Source of the DNA: Anaeromyxobacteraceae bacterium
GTDB lineage: Bacteria; Myxococcota; Myxococcia; Myxococcales; Anaeromyxobacteraceae
Assembly: GCA_047602405.1 (NCBI GenBank)
Contig: JASGHJ010000002.1
Coordinates: forward strand, 3,360,001-3,424,000
Length of the DNA: 64,000 nucleotides
Reading direction: 5' to 3'
The translations under genes were made by a program, and so were the position numbers. Below are positions 8,933 to 18,715 of this stretch, piece after piece. Each line of letters begins with the position of its first letter. The stretch's first letter is position 1. The notes beneath the pieces are model-generated. The model made no database searches. It was not told where the DNA came from and saw only the letters and a list, made by a program, of their open reading frames with translations.

Positions 8933-9589
8933 CTACTCCGTGCTCTCGAACCAGCGGAAGTCGACGAGCACCGCGGCCCCCAGCAGGAGCCGGCGCAGGG
9001 GCGCGTCGGCGCGGCCGAAGCTCACGAGGAAGGTGTCGGCGTCGGTGAAGAGCTCCGAGACCGCGCCCGACCACCGCTTCTCGATCCGCCCGAGCTCGAG
9101 GTCCGACTCGCCGCGCGTCACCACGAACGTCCACGGCCGGAACCACGGGCCGGTGATGCGGGCGAGGAGCCGTCCGTCGGGCGCGACCACGTCGAGCCTC
9201 CGCCGGAGCAGGGAGAACCGCTGCTGGATCGTGCCGAGCGGCTGGCCGCCGTCGCCGGTGACCTCGAGGCGCGCGAACAGCCAGGTGAACGGCCGGTGGA
9301 GCTGGAGCGCGCGGGGCCCGGCGCCGCCGTCGGAGGCGGCGACGACGCGCATGTCGAACGGGCGGTTCGCCTTCAGGAACCAGCGCGCGAGCAGCCGGCC
9401 CGCACCGCCCGTCTCCTCGAGGGCCCAGCCGGCGAGCGCGCCGTCCTCGGTGAGGAGGGCGTAGCGGTTGGGGGACTCCCAGCCGACGAGCTCGGCCCAG
9501 TCGCGCGCCTGCCGGACGACGAGGCGCGGCGCGGCGTCGAGGGTGGTCGCGAGGGGGGCGGTGACGGAGGGCAGGGCGGCGCGGCGCAT
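8933..9589 (-). CDS. Scramblase/LURP-one-related (tubby C-terminal-like) protein
   Basis: ELVGWESPNRY, LGTIQQRFSLLRRR, GRIEKRWSGAVSELFTDADTFLVSF, LLGAAVLVDFRWFE. Confidence 0.85.
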   Translation of the reverse strand: MRRAALPSVTAPLATTLDAAPRLVVRQARDWAELVGWESPNRYALLTEDGALAGWALEETGGAGRLLARWFLKANRPFDMRVVAASDGGAGPRALQLHRPFTWLFARLEVTGDGGQPLGTIQQRFSLLRRRLDVVAPDGRLLARITGPWFRPWTFVVTRGESDLELGRIEKRWSGAVSELFTDADTFLVSFGRADAPLRRLLLGAAVLVDFRWFESTE

Positions 9590-9632
9590 GCCGCATCCTA
9601 CCCTACCCTCCGCCCACCTCGGCGCCCTGGCC

Positions 9633-12284
9633 TCAGCGCACCACGAGCTGGCCGATCGCGAAGTCGCCGAGCTCGGCGGTGTCCTTCCCGAGCCGGTCGC
9701 GCACGGCCGCGCGCGCGCCCGCGGCGAGCGCCGTCCCGTCGAGCACCGTGCCCGGGCTGGCGCCGGTCGCGAGCCTGAGGCGGACCGAGAACACGGTCGC
9801 GCCGAGGGCGAGCGTGGTGTCGGTGGTCTTCGCCCCGGCGCCCGCCGCCTTCTGCGACACGCCCGCGAGGAGCACGTTCGCCGCGGGGCCGGTGGTGGCG
9901 AGGGCCGCGGCCACCGCCTTCGGCGCCGTGCCCAGCGTGAACGCCACCGTCGCCGGCTCGACGAGGAGCGTCGCGTCGGCGACCACCTTGCCCGGCGCGA
10001 GCGGCAGCGCGAGGCCGGCCCCGTAGGAGGCGACGAGCCCGTTGCCGGTCACGAGGTCGAGCTGGACGACCGACGCCGTGGACGCGGCGTTGCGCACGAG
10101 CCGCACGCGGCCGCCCGGCGCGGGGTCGGTGTAGACGAGCCCGTGCACGGTCGAGGTGGCGGAGGCGGTGCGCGCGAGCGCGGTCGCGGTGAGCGACTGC
10201 GCGCCGAGCGTCGCGAACGTCATGGGCACCGGGATGCTCGGGGGCTGCGTGCCGTCGAGCACGATCGCCGGGGGCGCGGCGGCCCCCGGGTCCGAGGTCG
10301 CGAAGGTGACGGTCGCCGCGAACGCCGGGACCGCGTTGCCGTAGGCGTCCTTCACGGTGAGCGTCCCGGTGACCTCCTCCCCCGCGTTCGCGTCGGCGGG
10401 CAGCGAAAGCGCGAGGAGCGCCGCGCCGGGGTGCACCGTGAGCGTGGCGGTGGCGTCCGTCAGGCCGGCGGAGGAGGCGGTGAGCGCGGCCGTGGGCGCC
10501 GTCTCGAGCGTCACCGTCGCGAGCCGCACGCCGGCGTCGGCAGGCCCGGCGGCCGGCAGCCGCGCCGCGGGGTCGTCGGAGGTGAACGCGACCGCGCCGG
10601 TGAAGCCGGTGGCGAGGTTGCCGTGGAGGTCGCGGGCCTCCGCGGTGACCGCGAAGGCGTCGCCGGCGTCCACCGCGGAGGGCGCGCCGGCGAGCGCGAG
10701 GGCCACGGCCGGGGCCGGGACGATCGGGTGCTCCACCCGCCCCGTCAGCGCGCCCGAGGAGGCGAGGATCGTCTGGTCGCCGGCCGTGTAGAAGCGCACG
10801 CCGCTCACGGACCTCACGCCCTGGTCGCCGGGGGCGAACGCGACGTCCGCGATGGAGGGCGCGCCGAGGTCGGTGTTCGCGAAGGAGACCGTCCCGCCGA
10901 ACCCGGTGGCGACGTTGCCGTACGCGTCCCGCACCGTGGCGGTCAGGACGTGCGCGTCGTCGACGACGTAGCTGCCCGCGAGCTCGAGCCCGATGGAAGC
11001 CGGTGCGCCGTGGCCGACGGTGACGGTGGCGGTCGCCGGGGGGAGCCCCGCGGCGGTGGCCGTGACGGCGTGGGCCCCGGCGGTGCGGAGGGTCACGCCG
11101 ACGGCCGCCCTGCCCGCGTCGCCGGGGGCGAGCGTCACCGCGGCGGGCAGCTCCGCCGCGGGGTCGTCGCTCGCGAGGCCCACCGCGCCGGTGAGGCCGG
11201 CCGCGTTGCCGAAGGCGTCCCGCGCCTGCAGCACGAGGGCGAACGGCGTCCCGGCGGCGGTGGAGGCGGGCGCGCCCGAGAGCGCGAGGGAGGCCGGCGG
11301 ACCGGCGAGGACGGTCTTCGACACGCGCGCGACGAGCGCGCCGGAGGTCGCGGTGATCGCCTGCTCGCCGGCGGTGCGGAACTTCACCCCGGGCACGACC
11401 TTCACCCCGAGGTCGGGCGCCGCGAACGTGACGGCCGCGATCGCGGGCGCCGCCGCGTCGGTGCCGGTGAAGGAGACCGTCCCGGTGAACGCCGTGGCGG
11501 CGTTGCCGTACGCGTCGAGGGCGCGGACGGTGAGCGTGTGGGCGGCGTCGGCGACGCCGGTGCCCGCGAGCTCGAGGCCCAGCGAGGCCGCGGGGCCCGG
11601 CGCGACGTCGACGTTCGCGGTGACGGACGGGAGGCCGGTGACGGCCACCGAGACGGTGCGGGTGCCCGGGGTGCGCAGGCTCAGGCCGACGGCCTTCTCG
11701 CCCGCGTCGCCGGTCGCGAAGGTGACCGGCCCCGGCAGCACGGCGGCCGGGTCGTCGCTCGTGAAGGTCGCGGTGCCGGCGAAGCCGGTCGCGACGTTGC
11801 CCGACGCGTCCCGCGCCGTGAGCGTCGCCGCGATGGGCGCGCCCGGGGCGGTGGCCGCCGGGACGCCGGCGAGGACGACCGCGGCGGCCGCGCCCGGCGC
11901 GACCGTGGTCCCGGCGGCGCCGCGGACCCCCGCCGTGTCGGCGGCCGAGACGAGCTGCGCCCCCGCGGTCTTGAACGTGACCTGCACCGTCTTCGTGCCG
12001 GCGTCCGCTGCCGCGAAGACGAGCGGCGCCGGCAGCACGGCCGCCGCGTCGGTCGAGGTGAGGGTGACGGTGCCCGTGTAGCTCGCGAGCGTGCCGCCCG
12101 CGGTGCTCGCGACGGCGACGGTGACGCTCGCCGGCGTGCCCGCGGTCGCCGTGGCCCCGAGGGTCACGACGAGGCCCGCCGGCCCGGGCGGCGTCGGCTT
12201 CGGCTTCGAGTCCTTGGAGCAGGCCGCGAGCGCCGCGAGCGCGAGGGCGGCCACGACGAGGCGCGTGGAGGGGGTCGTCTTCAC
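9633..12284 (-). CDS. 883-aa lipoprotein with tandem Ig-like repeats and cohesin-like C-terminal domain
   Basis: GTG overlaps the upstream TGA (GTGA); lipobox LAAC; about 7 repeats with DAYGNxATGFxGTVxFTSxDP...TAGxQTIxA. Confidence 0.8.
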   Translation of the reverse strand: MKTTPSTRLVVAALALAALAACSKDSKPKPTPPGPAGLVVTLGATATAGTPASVTVAVASTAGGTLASYTGTVTLTSTDAAAVLPAPLVFAAADAGTKTVQVTFKTAGAQLVSAADTAGVRGAAGTTVAPGAAAAVVLAGVPAATAPGAPIAATLTARDASGNVATGFAGTATFTSDDPAAVLPGPVTFATGDAGEKAVGLSLRTPGTRTVSVAVTGLPSVTANVDVAPGPAASLGLELAGTGVADAAHTLTVRALDAYGNAATAFTGTVSFTGTDAAAPAIAAVTFAAPDLGVKVVPGVKFRTAGEQAITATSGALVARVSKTVLAGPPASLALSGAPASTAAGTPFALVLQARDAFGNAAGLTGAVGLASDDPAAELPAAVTLAPGDAGRAAVGVTLRTAGAHAVTATAAGLPPATATVTVGHGAPASIGLELAGSYVVDDAHVLTATVRDAYGNVATGFGGTVSFANTDLGAPSIADVAFAPGDQGVRSVSGVRFYTAGDQTILASSGALTGRVEHPIVPAPAVALALAGAPSAVDAGDAFAVTAEARDLHGNLATGFTGAVAFTSDDPAARLPAAGPADAGVRLATVTLETAPTAALTASSAGLTDATATLTVHPGAALLALSLPADANAGEEVTGTLTVKDAYGNAVPAFAATVTFATSDPGAAAPPAIVLDGTQPPSIPVPMTFATLGAQSLTATALARTASATSTVHGLVYTDPAPGGRVRLVRNAASTASVVQLDLVTGNGLVASYGAGLALPLAPGKVVADATLLVEPATVAFTLGTAPKAVAAALATTGPAANVLLAGVSQKAAGAGAKTTDTTLALGATVFSVRLRLATGASPGTVLDGTALAAGARAAVRDRLGKDTAELGDFAIGQLVVR

Positions 12285-15200
12285 GGCGTGCTCCCGAACT
12301 TCGCGAGGAGGGCGCTGAGATCGTCTTCCTGGATCAGCGCGGGGTTCGCGCCGCCGAGGTCGAGGTCGCTGTCGTAGAACGGGACGGTGGGGATCGCGAG
12401 GTTGCCGAGCGGGGGGACGCCCAGGCGGCTCGCGAGCGCCATGACGTCGAAGGGATTGACGAGCCCGTTCGCGTCGAAGTCGCCCGTGCCGGCAGTGGCC
12501 GAGGGCTCGCTCTTCACCTGCAGCTCCCACATCCCGCGCCCGAAGGTCGAGGCGCGCACGACGCCGCCGCTCCTCGAGATGGCGACGTCGGTCACGCGCA
12601 CGAGCGGGAGCCCGACGCCGACGCGGGCCCAGGTGAGCCCGCCGTCGGTGGTCCGGTACAGCCCGAGCTCGGTGCCCGCGTAGATCGTCTGGTCGGTCGG
12701 GTCGCTGTAGTCGTAGCGCACCACGTAGATCCCGACGTTGGGCAGGTCGAACCCCGTGCCGTTGCCGTGGAAGGCGGTCCAGGTGGCGCCGCCGTCGGTG
12801 GTCCGGAAGAGGCGCCCGACCTCCGCCGGGATGGGCACGACCGCGAAGTTGCTCGCGTTGAGCCCCGCCGGCGCGTTGGACGAGACGAGGTACGTGAGGC
12901 GCGGGTCGGCGCCGCCGAGGCTGGCCGGGTTGCGCGGCAGCGCGACCGAGCTCGTGAAGGACACGAGGAAGGCGTTGCCGCCCGAGTCGTTCGCCCGGAT
13001 CGACGTCGCCGCGCCGGTGACGGCCACCGTCCCGGCCTGCGTCTTCTCGGTCACGATCGCGGCGCAGCCGCCGTTGAGCGGGAGCCCGTACAGGCGGGCG
13101 GGCACCCCGTCCACGGTCGCGTTCGTCAGCACGGTGGGGCCGATCCCGCGGATCGTGCGGTTCGTCGCGCTGCCGCAGCCGGTGATCCCGTTCGTGAGCC
13201 GGCTGAACGAGACCTGGTCGTTCTCGTTCGGGCGGAAGCGCCAGACGTTCTGGTTGGTGACGGAGGACACCCAGCCGTCGCCGAGGTCGGCGTACCGGAT
13301 GAAGAACGGCTCGCCGTCGCCCGCGGGAAGGACGCCCGCGAGGCTGATCGACACCCAGTTCGTGCGCTCGGTGCCGCGCTCGATGCGCGTCGGCACGCCG
13401 CAGTCGCGCGCGCGGGGGCGGCAGAAGCGCCGGGACTGCTGCACCGAGGCCCAGAGCACCGGGTTCCGGCCGGCGGGGTCGAGCGCGACCGCGGTGCCGA
13501 TGCCGTCGCCCCCGATGAGCTGGTCCCAGACCTTGAGCTCGACCGAGGTCGAGATGACCTCGTTGTCGGTGTTGAGGGCCCAGCGGGTGCCGTTGTCCTG
13601 CAGGCCCGAGAAGAGGACGCCCGGGTTGCCCGTCGCGGGGTCCCCCGAGCCCACCGAGTACATGAGGTGGGTGGCCATGCCGTAGCCCGGCTGGTCCCAG
13701 TGCACCTGCTCGCCGACGTCGGCGTCGAACACGTCGCGGGAGAGGAAGAAGCCGCCGTCGTTGCCGCCGAGCACGACCGCCTTGCCGTTCACGCGGTAGA
13801 CCGAGGCGGCGTGCCAGTCGGCGTGGGCGTAGGGCAGCGGACCCTTCGCGGTGGTGCCGCGGCCGCTCGTGGGGAGCCAGTGGCTCACGAGCTCCCAGGT
13901 GGCGCCGCCGTCCCGGGACCGGACGCTGCAGAGGTCGCCGGCCGCGAACACGTTGTCGGGGTTGCCCGGGTCCACCGCGATCGCGAGGTCGTAGTAGGAC
14001 TGCGCGTGGCCGAGGTTCATGGTCTGGCAGTCGGCCGAGCCGGTGGTCGGGTTGATGGGCGCGGTCACCGGGGCGGTGTTCCGCGAGACCACGGTCCACG
14101 TCGCGCCGCCGTCGCCGGACCGGAGGATGCCGGCGGTCGAGTTGCCGTCGGTCTGGCTGGCCGCGAGCGCGTAGACCCGCGCCGTCGCCGGGTCGGCCGC
14201 GCGCGCCACGCCGAGCTCGATGCGGCCGATCGCGCCGGTCGCGAGGAGCGCGGCGTCGAGCGCGCCGGTGGTCCGGGCCGAGCTCCACGTCGCGCCTCCG
14301 TCGAGGGAGCGCCACACGTCGCCGAGGTTGCCGAGCGCCGCGTTCGGCGCCGGGCAGGCGGCGAGGTTGCCCATCTGCAGCGCCGTGTTGGGGCCGTTGA
14401 GGCCCGGGCAGGCGTAGACGCCGCTGACGACCCAGCCGTTCCCGCCGAGCGAGGCGACGGTCCAGAGCCCCTCCCGCGAGGCGGCGTAGGCCGCCGGCTT
14501 CGGCAGCGGGACGATCGAGCGGGTCGCGCCGCCGTCGGTGGTCACGAAGAGGCCGGCGTCGGTCGCGAAGAACGCGTGGTTCGCGTCGAGCGGATCGACC
14601 GCCACCTCGCGGACCGCGGACGCCGTGACGGTGGCGCCGTCCGCGGGGTGCACCGCGGTGAGCATCGACACGGGCGACCAGGTCGCGCCCCCGTCGATCG
14701 TCTTCGAGAAGGCGCCGAACTGCTGGTCGACGTGGTCGCCGAGCCCCACGTAGAGGACGTTGGGGTCGGTCGCCGCCACGTCGAAGCTGCCGATCGCGAG
14801 GGCGCCCAGCGTGTCCGTCAGCGGGATCCAGCTCGGCGTCGCCGGCGCGGCCGGTGAGCTGCCGAGGCCGGTCGTCTTCCACAGGCCGCCGCCGGAGGTC
14901 GCCGCCCAGGCGATCGCCGGGTTCGTCGGGTGCAGGCGCAGCGCGTTCACGCGACCGGCGTCGGCGGCCTTGTAGTAGGTGCCGTTGAACTGGTTGCGCG
15001 CCCAGTACGGGCCCATGGTCCGCCAGGGCGCCGCCCCCTGCACCGACGGGCTCTGGCCGGCCGGCACCGGGCCACCGGGCGCGAGCGCGGGGTCGGTGAT
15101 CCAGCGCGTCGCCTCGAGCCCGGCGATCCGGGCGAGGTCGGCGAGGTACTCGGGGCCCGGCACGCCGAGCTCGATGGCCGAGTAGAGGCCCCTCAGCAGC

Positions 15201-15469
15201 GCCTCGTCCTGCTCCTCGCCGGGCGCCTCCTGGCCGGGCTGGTCGCCCTCGAGCAGCGCCATGAGGCCGCTCTCCGCCTCGGGCTGCGGCAACCCGGTGG
15301 GGAGGTCGTCGATGCCGCGGCGGGCGGCGTCGAACGCGGCGGCGGCGAGCGCGCGCAGGCGCTCCTCCTGGTAGGCGCGGTAGGCGCGCGCGACCGCGGG
15401 CGCCGCGGCGAGCGCGGCGAGCACGGCCGCGAGGCCGGCGAGGGCCACGGTCCGGCGAGGCTTTCTCAA
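12281..15469 (-). CDS. Secreted BNR/Asp-box beta-propeller protein with C-terminal dockerin-like module
   Basis: TTG start after GGAGG; signal peptide; many S/TxDGGxTW boxes; C-terminal GDFDANGLVNPFDVMALASRLG...DDLSALLAKFG. Confidence 0.85.
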   Translation of the reverse strand: MRKPRRTVALAGLAAVLAALAAAPAVARAYRAYQEERLRALAAAAFDAARRGIDDLPTGLPQPEAESGLMALLEGDQPGQEAPGEEQDEALLRGLYSAIELGVPGPEYLADLARIAGLEATRWITDPALAPGGPVPAGQSPSVQGAAPWRTMGPYWARNQFNGTYYKAADAGRVNALRLHPTNPAIAWAATSGGGLWKTTGLGSSPAAPATPSWIPLTDTLGALAIGSFDVAATDPNVLYVGLGDHVDQQFGAFSKTIDGGATWSPVSMLTAVHPADGATVTASAVREVAVDPLDANHAFFATDAGLFVTTDGGATRSIVPLPKPAAYAASREGLWTVASLGGNGWVVSGVYACPGLNGPNTALQMGNLAACPAPNAALGNLGDVWRSLDGGATWSSARTTGALDAALLATGAIGRIELGVARAADPATARVYALAASQTDGNSTAGILRSGDGGATWTVVSRNTAPVTAPINPTTGSADCQTMNLGHAQSYYDLAIAVDPGNPDNVFAAGDLCSVRSRDGGATWELVSHWLPTSGRGTTAKGPLPYAHADWHAASVYRVNGKAVVLGGNDGGFFLSRDVFDADVGEQVHWDQPGYGMATHLMYSVGSGDPATGNPGVLFSGLQDNGTRWALNTDNEVISTSVELKVWDQLIGGDGIGTAVALDPAGRNPVLWASVQQSRRFCRPRARDCGVPTRIERGTERTNWVSISLAGVLPAGDGEPFFIRYADLGDGWVSSVTNQNVWRFRPNENDQVSFSRLTNGITGCGSATNRTIRGIGPTVLTNATVDGVPARLYGLPLNGGCAAIVTEKTQAGTVAVTGAATSIRANDSGGNAFLVSFTSSVALPRNPASLGGADPRLTYLVSSNAPAGLNASNFAVVPIPAEVGRLFRTTDGGATWTAFHGNGTGFDLPNVGIYVVRYDYSDPTDQTIYAGTELGLYRTTDGGLTWARVGVGLPLVRVTDVAISRSGGVVRASTFGRGMWELQVKSEPSATAGTGDFDANGLVNPFDVMALASRLGVPPLGNLAIPTVPFYDSDLDLGGANPALIQEDDLSALLAKFGSTP

Positions 15470-15668
15470 GGTGACCTCCGGGTGACGGGAGAGCGAGCGG
15501 GCGGCAGGGTGGCATGCTCCGCCTCCGGACGCCGCGACGTAAAGCCACACCGTCACGCGACAGGTCCCTGATCTCGAACACCTGCGCGGCCCCCTGACGG
15601 GGCGGAGGGCGCGTTGACGCGGACTCGGGGAGGGGGTTTCATGCCCCGGCCATGAGGCTCGCCGGCGC

Positions 15669-16112
15669 GTGATGCGCTTCCCCGAGGGCTGGCGGGATAT
15701 CTTCGCCGCCGTGCGCCGCATCCCGCGCGGCCGGGTGGCGACCTACGGGCAGGTGGCCGTCGTGGCGGGCCGGCCCGGCCGCTCGCGCCTCGTCGGCCAC
15801 GTGCTCGGCGCGCTGCCCGGCACCGGCGAGAAGGTGCCCTGGTTCCGGGTGATGGGTCAGCGCGGCCGCGGCCACGCCGGGATCTCCATCCTCGACCCGA
15901 TGGGCGCGGGCGTGCAGCGGGACCTGCTCGAGCGCGAAGGCGTGGAGTTCGACGCGCGCGCGCGGGTCGACCTCGGACGCTTCGGGTGGCGGCACCCGGC
16001 GCTCGTCGCCCTCGCTACTCCTCGGCGCGCACCGGCGAGAGGTGCCAGATCTCGTCGGCGTACTGCCGGATCGTCCGGTCGGAGGAGAAGCGACCGGAGC
16101 GGGCGACGTTGA
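15669..16112 (+). CDS. Alkyltransferase-like protein (Atl/YbaZ, MGMT family)
   Basis: VRRIPRGRVATYGQVA, VPWFRV (Trp replaces the catalytic Cys), QRDLLEREGVEF; last ~30 codons overlap glgP. Confidence 0.85.
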   Translation: MMRFPEGWRDIFAAVRRIPRGRVATYGQVAVVAGRPGRSRLVGHVLGALPGTGEKVPWFRVMGQRGRGHAGISILDPMGAGVQRDLLEREGVEFDARARVDLGRFGWRHPALVALATPRRAPARGARSRRRTAGSSGRRRSDRSGRR

Positions 16113-18531
16113 GGATCGCCATCCGGTTCCACCGCTCCGCGTCCTGGTAGGCCGCGTTCACCTGGTCCTGGCAGGCGCAGTACGCCGCGAAGTCGGCCAG
16201 CACGAGGTACGGGTCGTGGTCGAGCAGCGCGTCCACGACCGGCTTGAAGAGCCCCGGCTCGCCCGGCGAGAAGACGCCCGAGGCGATGGCGTCGAGGGTC
16301 TCCTTGATCCGCGGATCGGCGTAGTAGCGCTCGCGCGGGTGGTAGCCCTTCGCCTTCAGCGCCTCGACCTCCTCCACGGTCATGCCGAACAGGAAGAAGT
16401 TCTCGGCCCCGACCTCCTGGCGGATCTCGACGTTCGCGCCGTCGAGCGTGCCCACGGTGAGCGCGCCGTTCATCGCGAACTTCATGTTGCCTGTGCCGGA
16501 CGCCTCGGTGCCGGCGGTCGAGATCTGCTCGGAGACCTCCGCGGCCGGCATGATCCGCTCGGCGAGCGAGACCCGGTAGTTCCTGAGGAACAGGACCTTC
16601 AGCTGGTCGCGGGTGGCCGGATCGGCGTTCACGACGTCGCCGATGGAGTTGATGAGCTTGATGTGCCACTTCGCCATCGCGTAGCCGGGGGCGGCCTTCG
16701 CGGCGAAGAGGTAGGCGCGCGGGTGCGGCCGGTAGCTGCGGTCCGCCTTCATCCTCAGGTACTCGGAGGCGATCCGGACCGCGTTGAGGAGCTGGCGCTT
16801 GTACTCGTGGAGGCGCTTCACCTGCACGTCGAAGATGGCGTCCGGGTCGAGCGCGACGCCGTGCTCGGCGAGCGCGATGGCGGCGAGCTTCTCCTTGTTC
16901 TGGCGCTTCACCCGCCGGAAGAGGCGGCGGAAGCCGGCGTCCCCGGCGAGCGGCGCGAGCCCGGTGAGCCGGGACGCGTCGGTCACCCACTCCGGCCCGA
17001 GGGCCTCGGTGATCGCGCTCGCGAGCTCGGGGTTCGCCTGCTGGAGCCAGCGGCGGGGGGTGACCCCGTTCGTCTTCGAGTTGAACTTCTCCGGCCAGAG
17101 CTGGTTGAAGTCCTTGAAGAGGACCTTCTTGAGGAGGTCGGTGTGGAGCTCGGCCACCCCGTTCACCGAGCGGGAGCCCACCACCGCGAGGTTCGCCATG
17201 CGGACCGACTTCGTCGCCCCCTCCTCGATGAGGCTCATCCGCTGCACCGCGGCCTCGTCCACCCGGCCGGAGGCGCGCATCTCGTCGAGGAAGCGGCGGT
17301 TGATCTCGTAGACGAGCTCGAGGTGGCGCGGCAGGACTCGCCCGAAGAGGTCCACCGACCACTTCTCGAGCGCCTCGGGCATGAGGGTGTGGTTCGTGTA
17401 GCCGAACACGCCCTGGCAGATCTTCCAGGCCCGCTCCCACTCGAGCTCGTGCTCGTCGACGAGCACGCGCATGAGCTCGGCGATGGCGATCGAGGGGTGG
17501 GTGTCGTTGAGCTGGATCGCGACCTTGTCGGCGAAGGTGTCGAAGTCGCCGTGCACCTTCACGTGGCGGTGGACGATGTCGTGGATCGAGCAGGAGACGA
17601 AGAAGTACTGCTGCTGGAGGCGGAGCTCCTTCCCCATCACCGTCACGTCGTTCGGGTAGAGGACCTTCGAGATGTTCTCGGAGAGGTCGCGGTCCTCCAC
17701 CGCGGCGAGGTAGTCGCCCGCGTTGAAGTCGGCGAGGTCGAGCTCCTGCGCGGCGCGCGCGCGCCACAGGCGCAGCGTGTTGACGGTGCCGTTCCTGTAG
17801 CCCGGGATCGGCACGTCGTACGGCATGCCCATGACGTGGCGGGCGTCGACCCAGCGGACCTTCTGCTTGCCGTTCTCGACCGCGTGCTCGGTCCGGCCGT
17901 AGAGCGACACCGGGACGACGCGCTGCGGGCGCGGCAGCTCCCAGGCGCTCCCGAAGCGGAGCCAGTCGTCGGGGCGCTCGACCTGGTAGCCGTTGCGGAT
18001 CTCCTGGTCGAAGATGCCGAACTCGTACCGGATGCCGTAGCCGTAGGCGGGGTACGCGAGCGTCGCGAGCGAGTCGAGGAAGCAGGCGGCGAGGCGGCCG
18101 AGGCCGCCGTTGCCGAGGCCGGCGTCGGGCTCCTGGTTGAGGAGGTCGGTGAGCTCGATCCCGAGGTCCTTGAGCGCGGCCTTGAGCGGCTCGTACAGCC
18201 CGAGGTTGATGAGGTTGTTCTCGAGCGCCTTGCCCATCAGGAACTCGAGCGAGAGGTAGTAGACCCGCTTCGCGTCCTGCTTGTAGTAGGTCTGCTGCGT
18301 CTCGATCCACCGGCGCATGAGCCGGTCGCGGACGACGTGCGCGACGGCCTGGTAGCGGTCGAGCGCCGTCGCCTTGTACTCGTCGACGCCCAGCGTGAAC
18401 TGCAGGTGGTCGGCGAACGCGCGGGTGAGCGCGATCGAGTCCGACGCCGTCCGCGCGTTCGGCAGCTCGCGGGCGCGCTCGAGCGCGGCCGCTTCCTGGG
18501 GTGCGGAGACGGTCTTCCGGGGCGGGCTCAT
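16015..18531 (-). CDS. glgP: Glycogen/starch/alpha-glucan phosphorylase
   Basis: GLGNGGLGRLAACF, QLNDTHP, QVKRLHEYKRQLLN, PLP site EASGTGNMKFAMNG. Confidence 0.98.
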   Translation of the reverse strand: MSPPRKTVSAPQEAAALERARELPNARTASDSIALTRAFADHLQFTLGVDEYKATALDRYQAVAHVVRDRLMRRWIETQQTYYKQDAKRVYYLSLEFLMGKALENNLINLGLYEPLKAALKDLGIELTDLLNQEPDAGLGNGGLGRLAACFLDSLATLAYPAYGYGIRYEFGIFDQEIRNGYQVERPDDWLRFGSAWELPRPQRVVPVSLYGRTEHAVENGKQKVRWVDARHVMGMPYDVPIPGYRNGTVNTLRLWRARAAQELDLADFNAGDYLAAVEDRDLSENISKVLYPNDVTVMGKELRLQQQYFFVSCSIHDIVHRHVKVHGDFDTFADKVAIQLNDTHPSIAIAELMRVLVDEHELEWERAWKICQGVFGYTNHTLMPEALEKWSVDLFGRVLPRHLELVYEINRRFLDEMRASGRVDEAAVQRMSLIEEGATKSVRMANLAVVGSRSVNGVAELHTDLLKKVLFKDFNQLWPEKFNSKTNGVTPRRWLQQANPELASAITEALGPEWVTDASRLTGLAPLAGDAGFRRLFRRVKRQNKEKLAAIALAEHGVALDPDAIFDVQVKRLHEYKRQLLNAVRIASEYLRMKADRSYRPHPRAYLFAAKAAPGYAMAKWHIKLINSIGDVVNADPATRDQLKVLFLRNYRVSLAERIMPAAEVSEQISTAGTEASGTGNMKFAMNGALTVGTLDGANVEIRQEVGAENFFLFGMTVEEVEALKAKGYHPRERYYADPRIKETLDAIASGVFSPGEPGLFKPVVDALLDHDPYLVLADFAAYCACQDQVNAAYQDAERWNRMAILNVARSGRFSSDRTIRQYADEIWHLSPVRAEE

Positions 18532-18715
18532 GGGGGCCGAATCTTAACCGCGGGAGGGCCCTCGGGGGCGGTCACGCGGCCACCCGACGCGCGCGCGGGG
18601 GCGTTTTGAGATTGTTTGCATCCCTGGCCCGGGACAGCTCCCTGGCCGCAACGCGGCAATCGGCCTCGCCCCCCGGGGGAAGGGCGCTATCGCCTGGGCA
18701 GCGCCGGGGCCCCCC

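Noticed and set aside
16015..16112. 98-bp convergent overlap of the Atl gene with glgP as a regulatory feature
   Set aside because: The overlapping tail is low-complexity and lies beyond the conserved domain; likely a lost stop or an indel.
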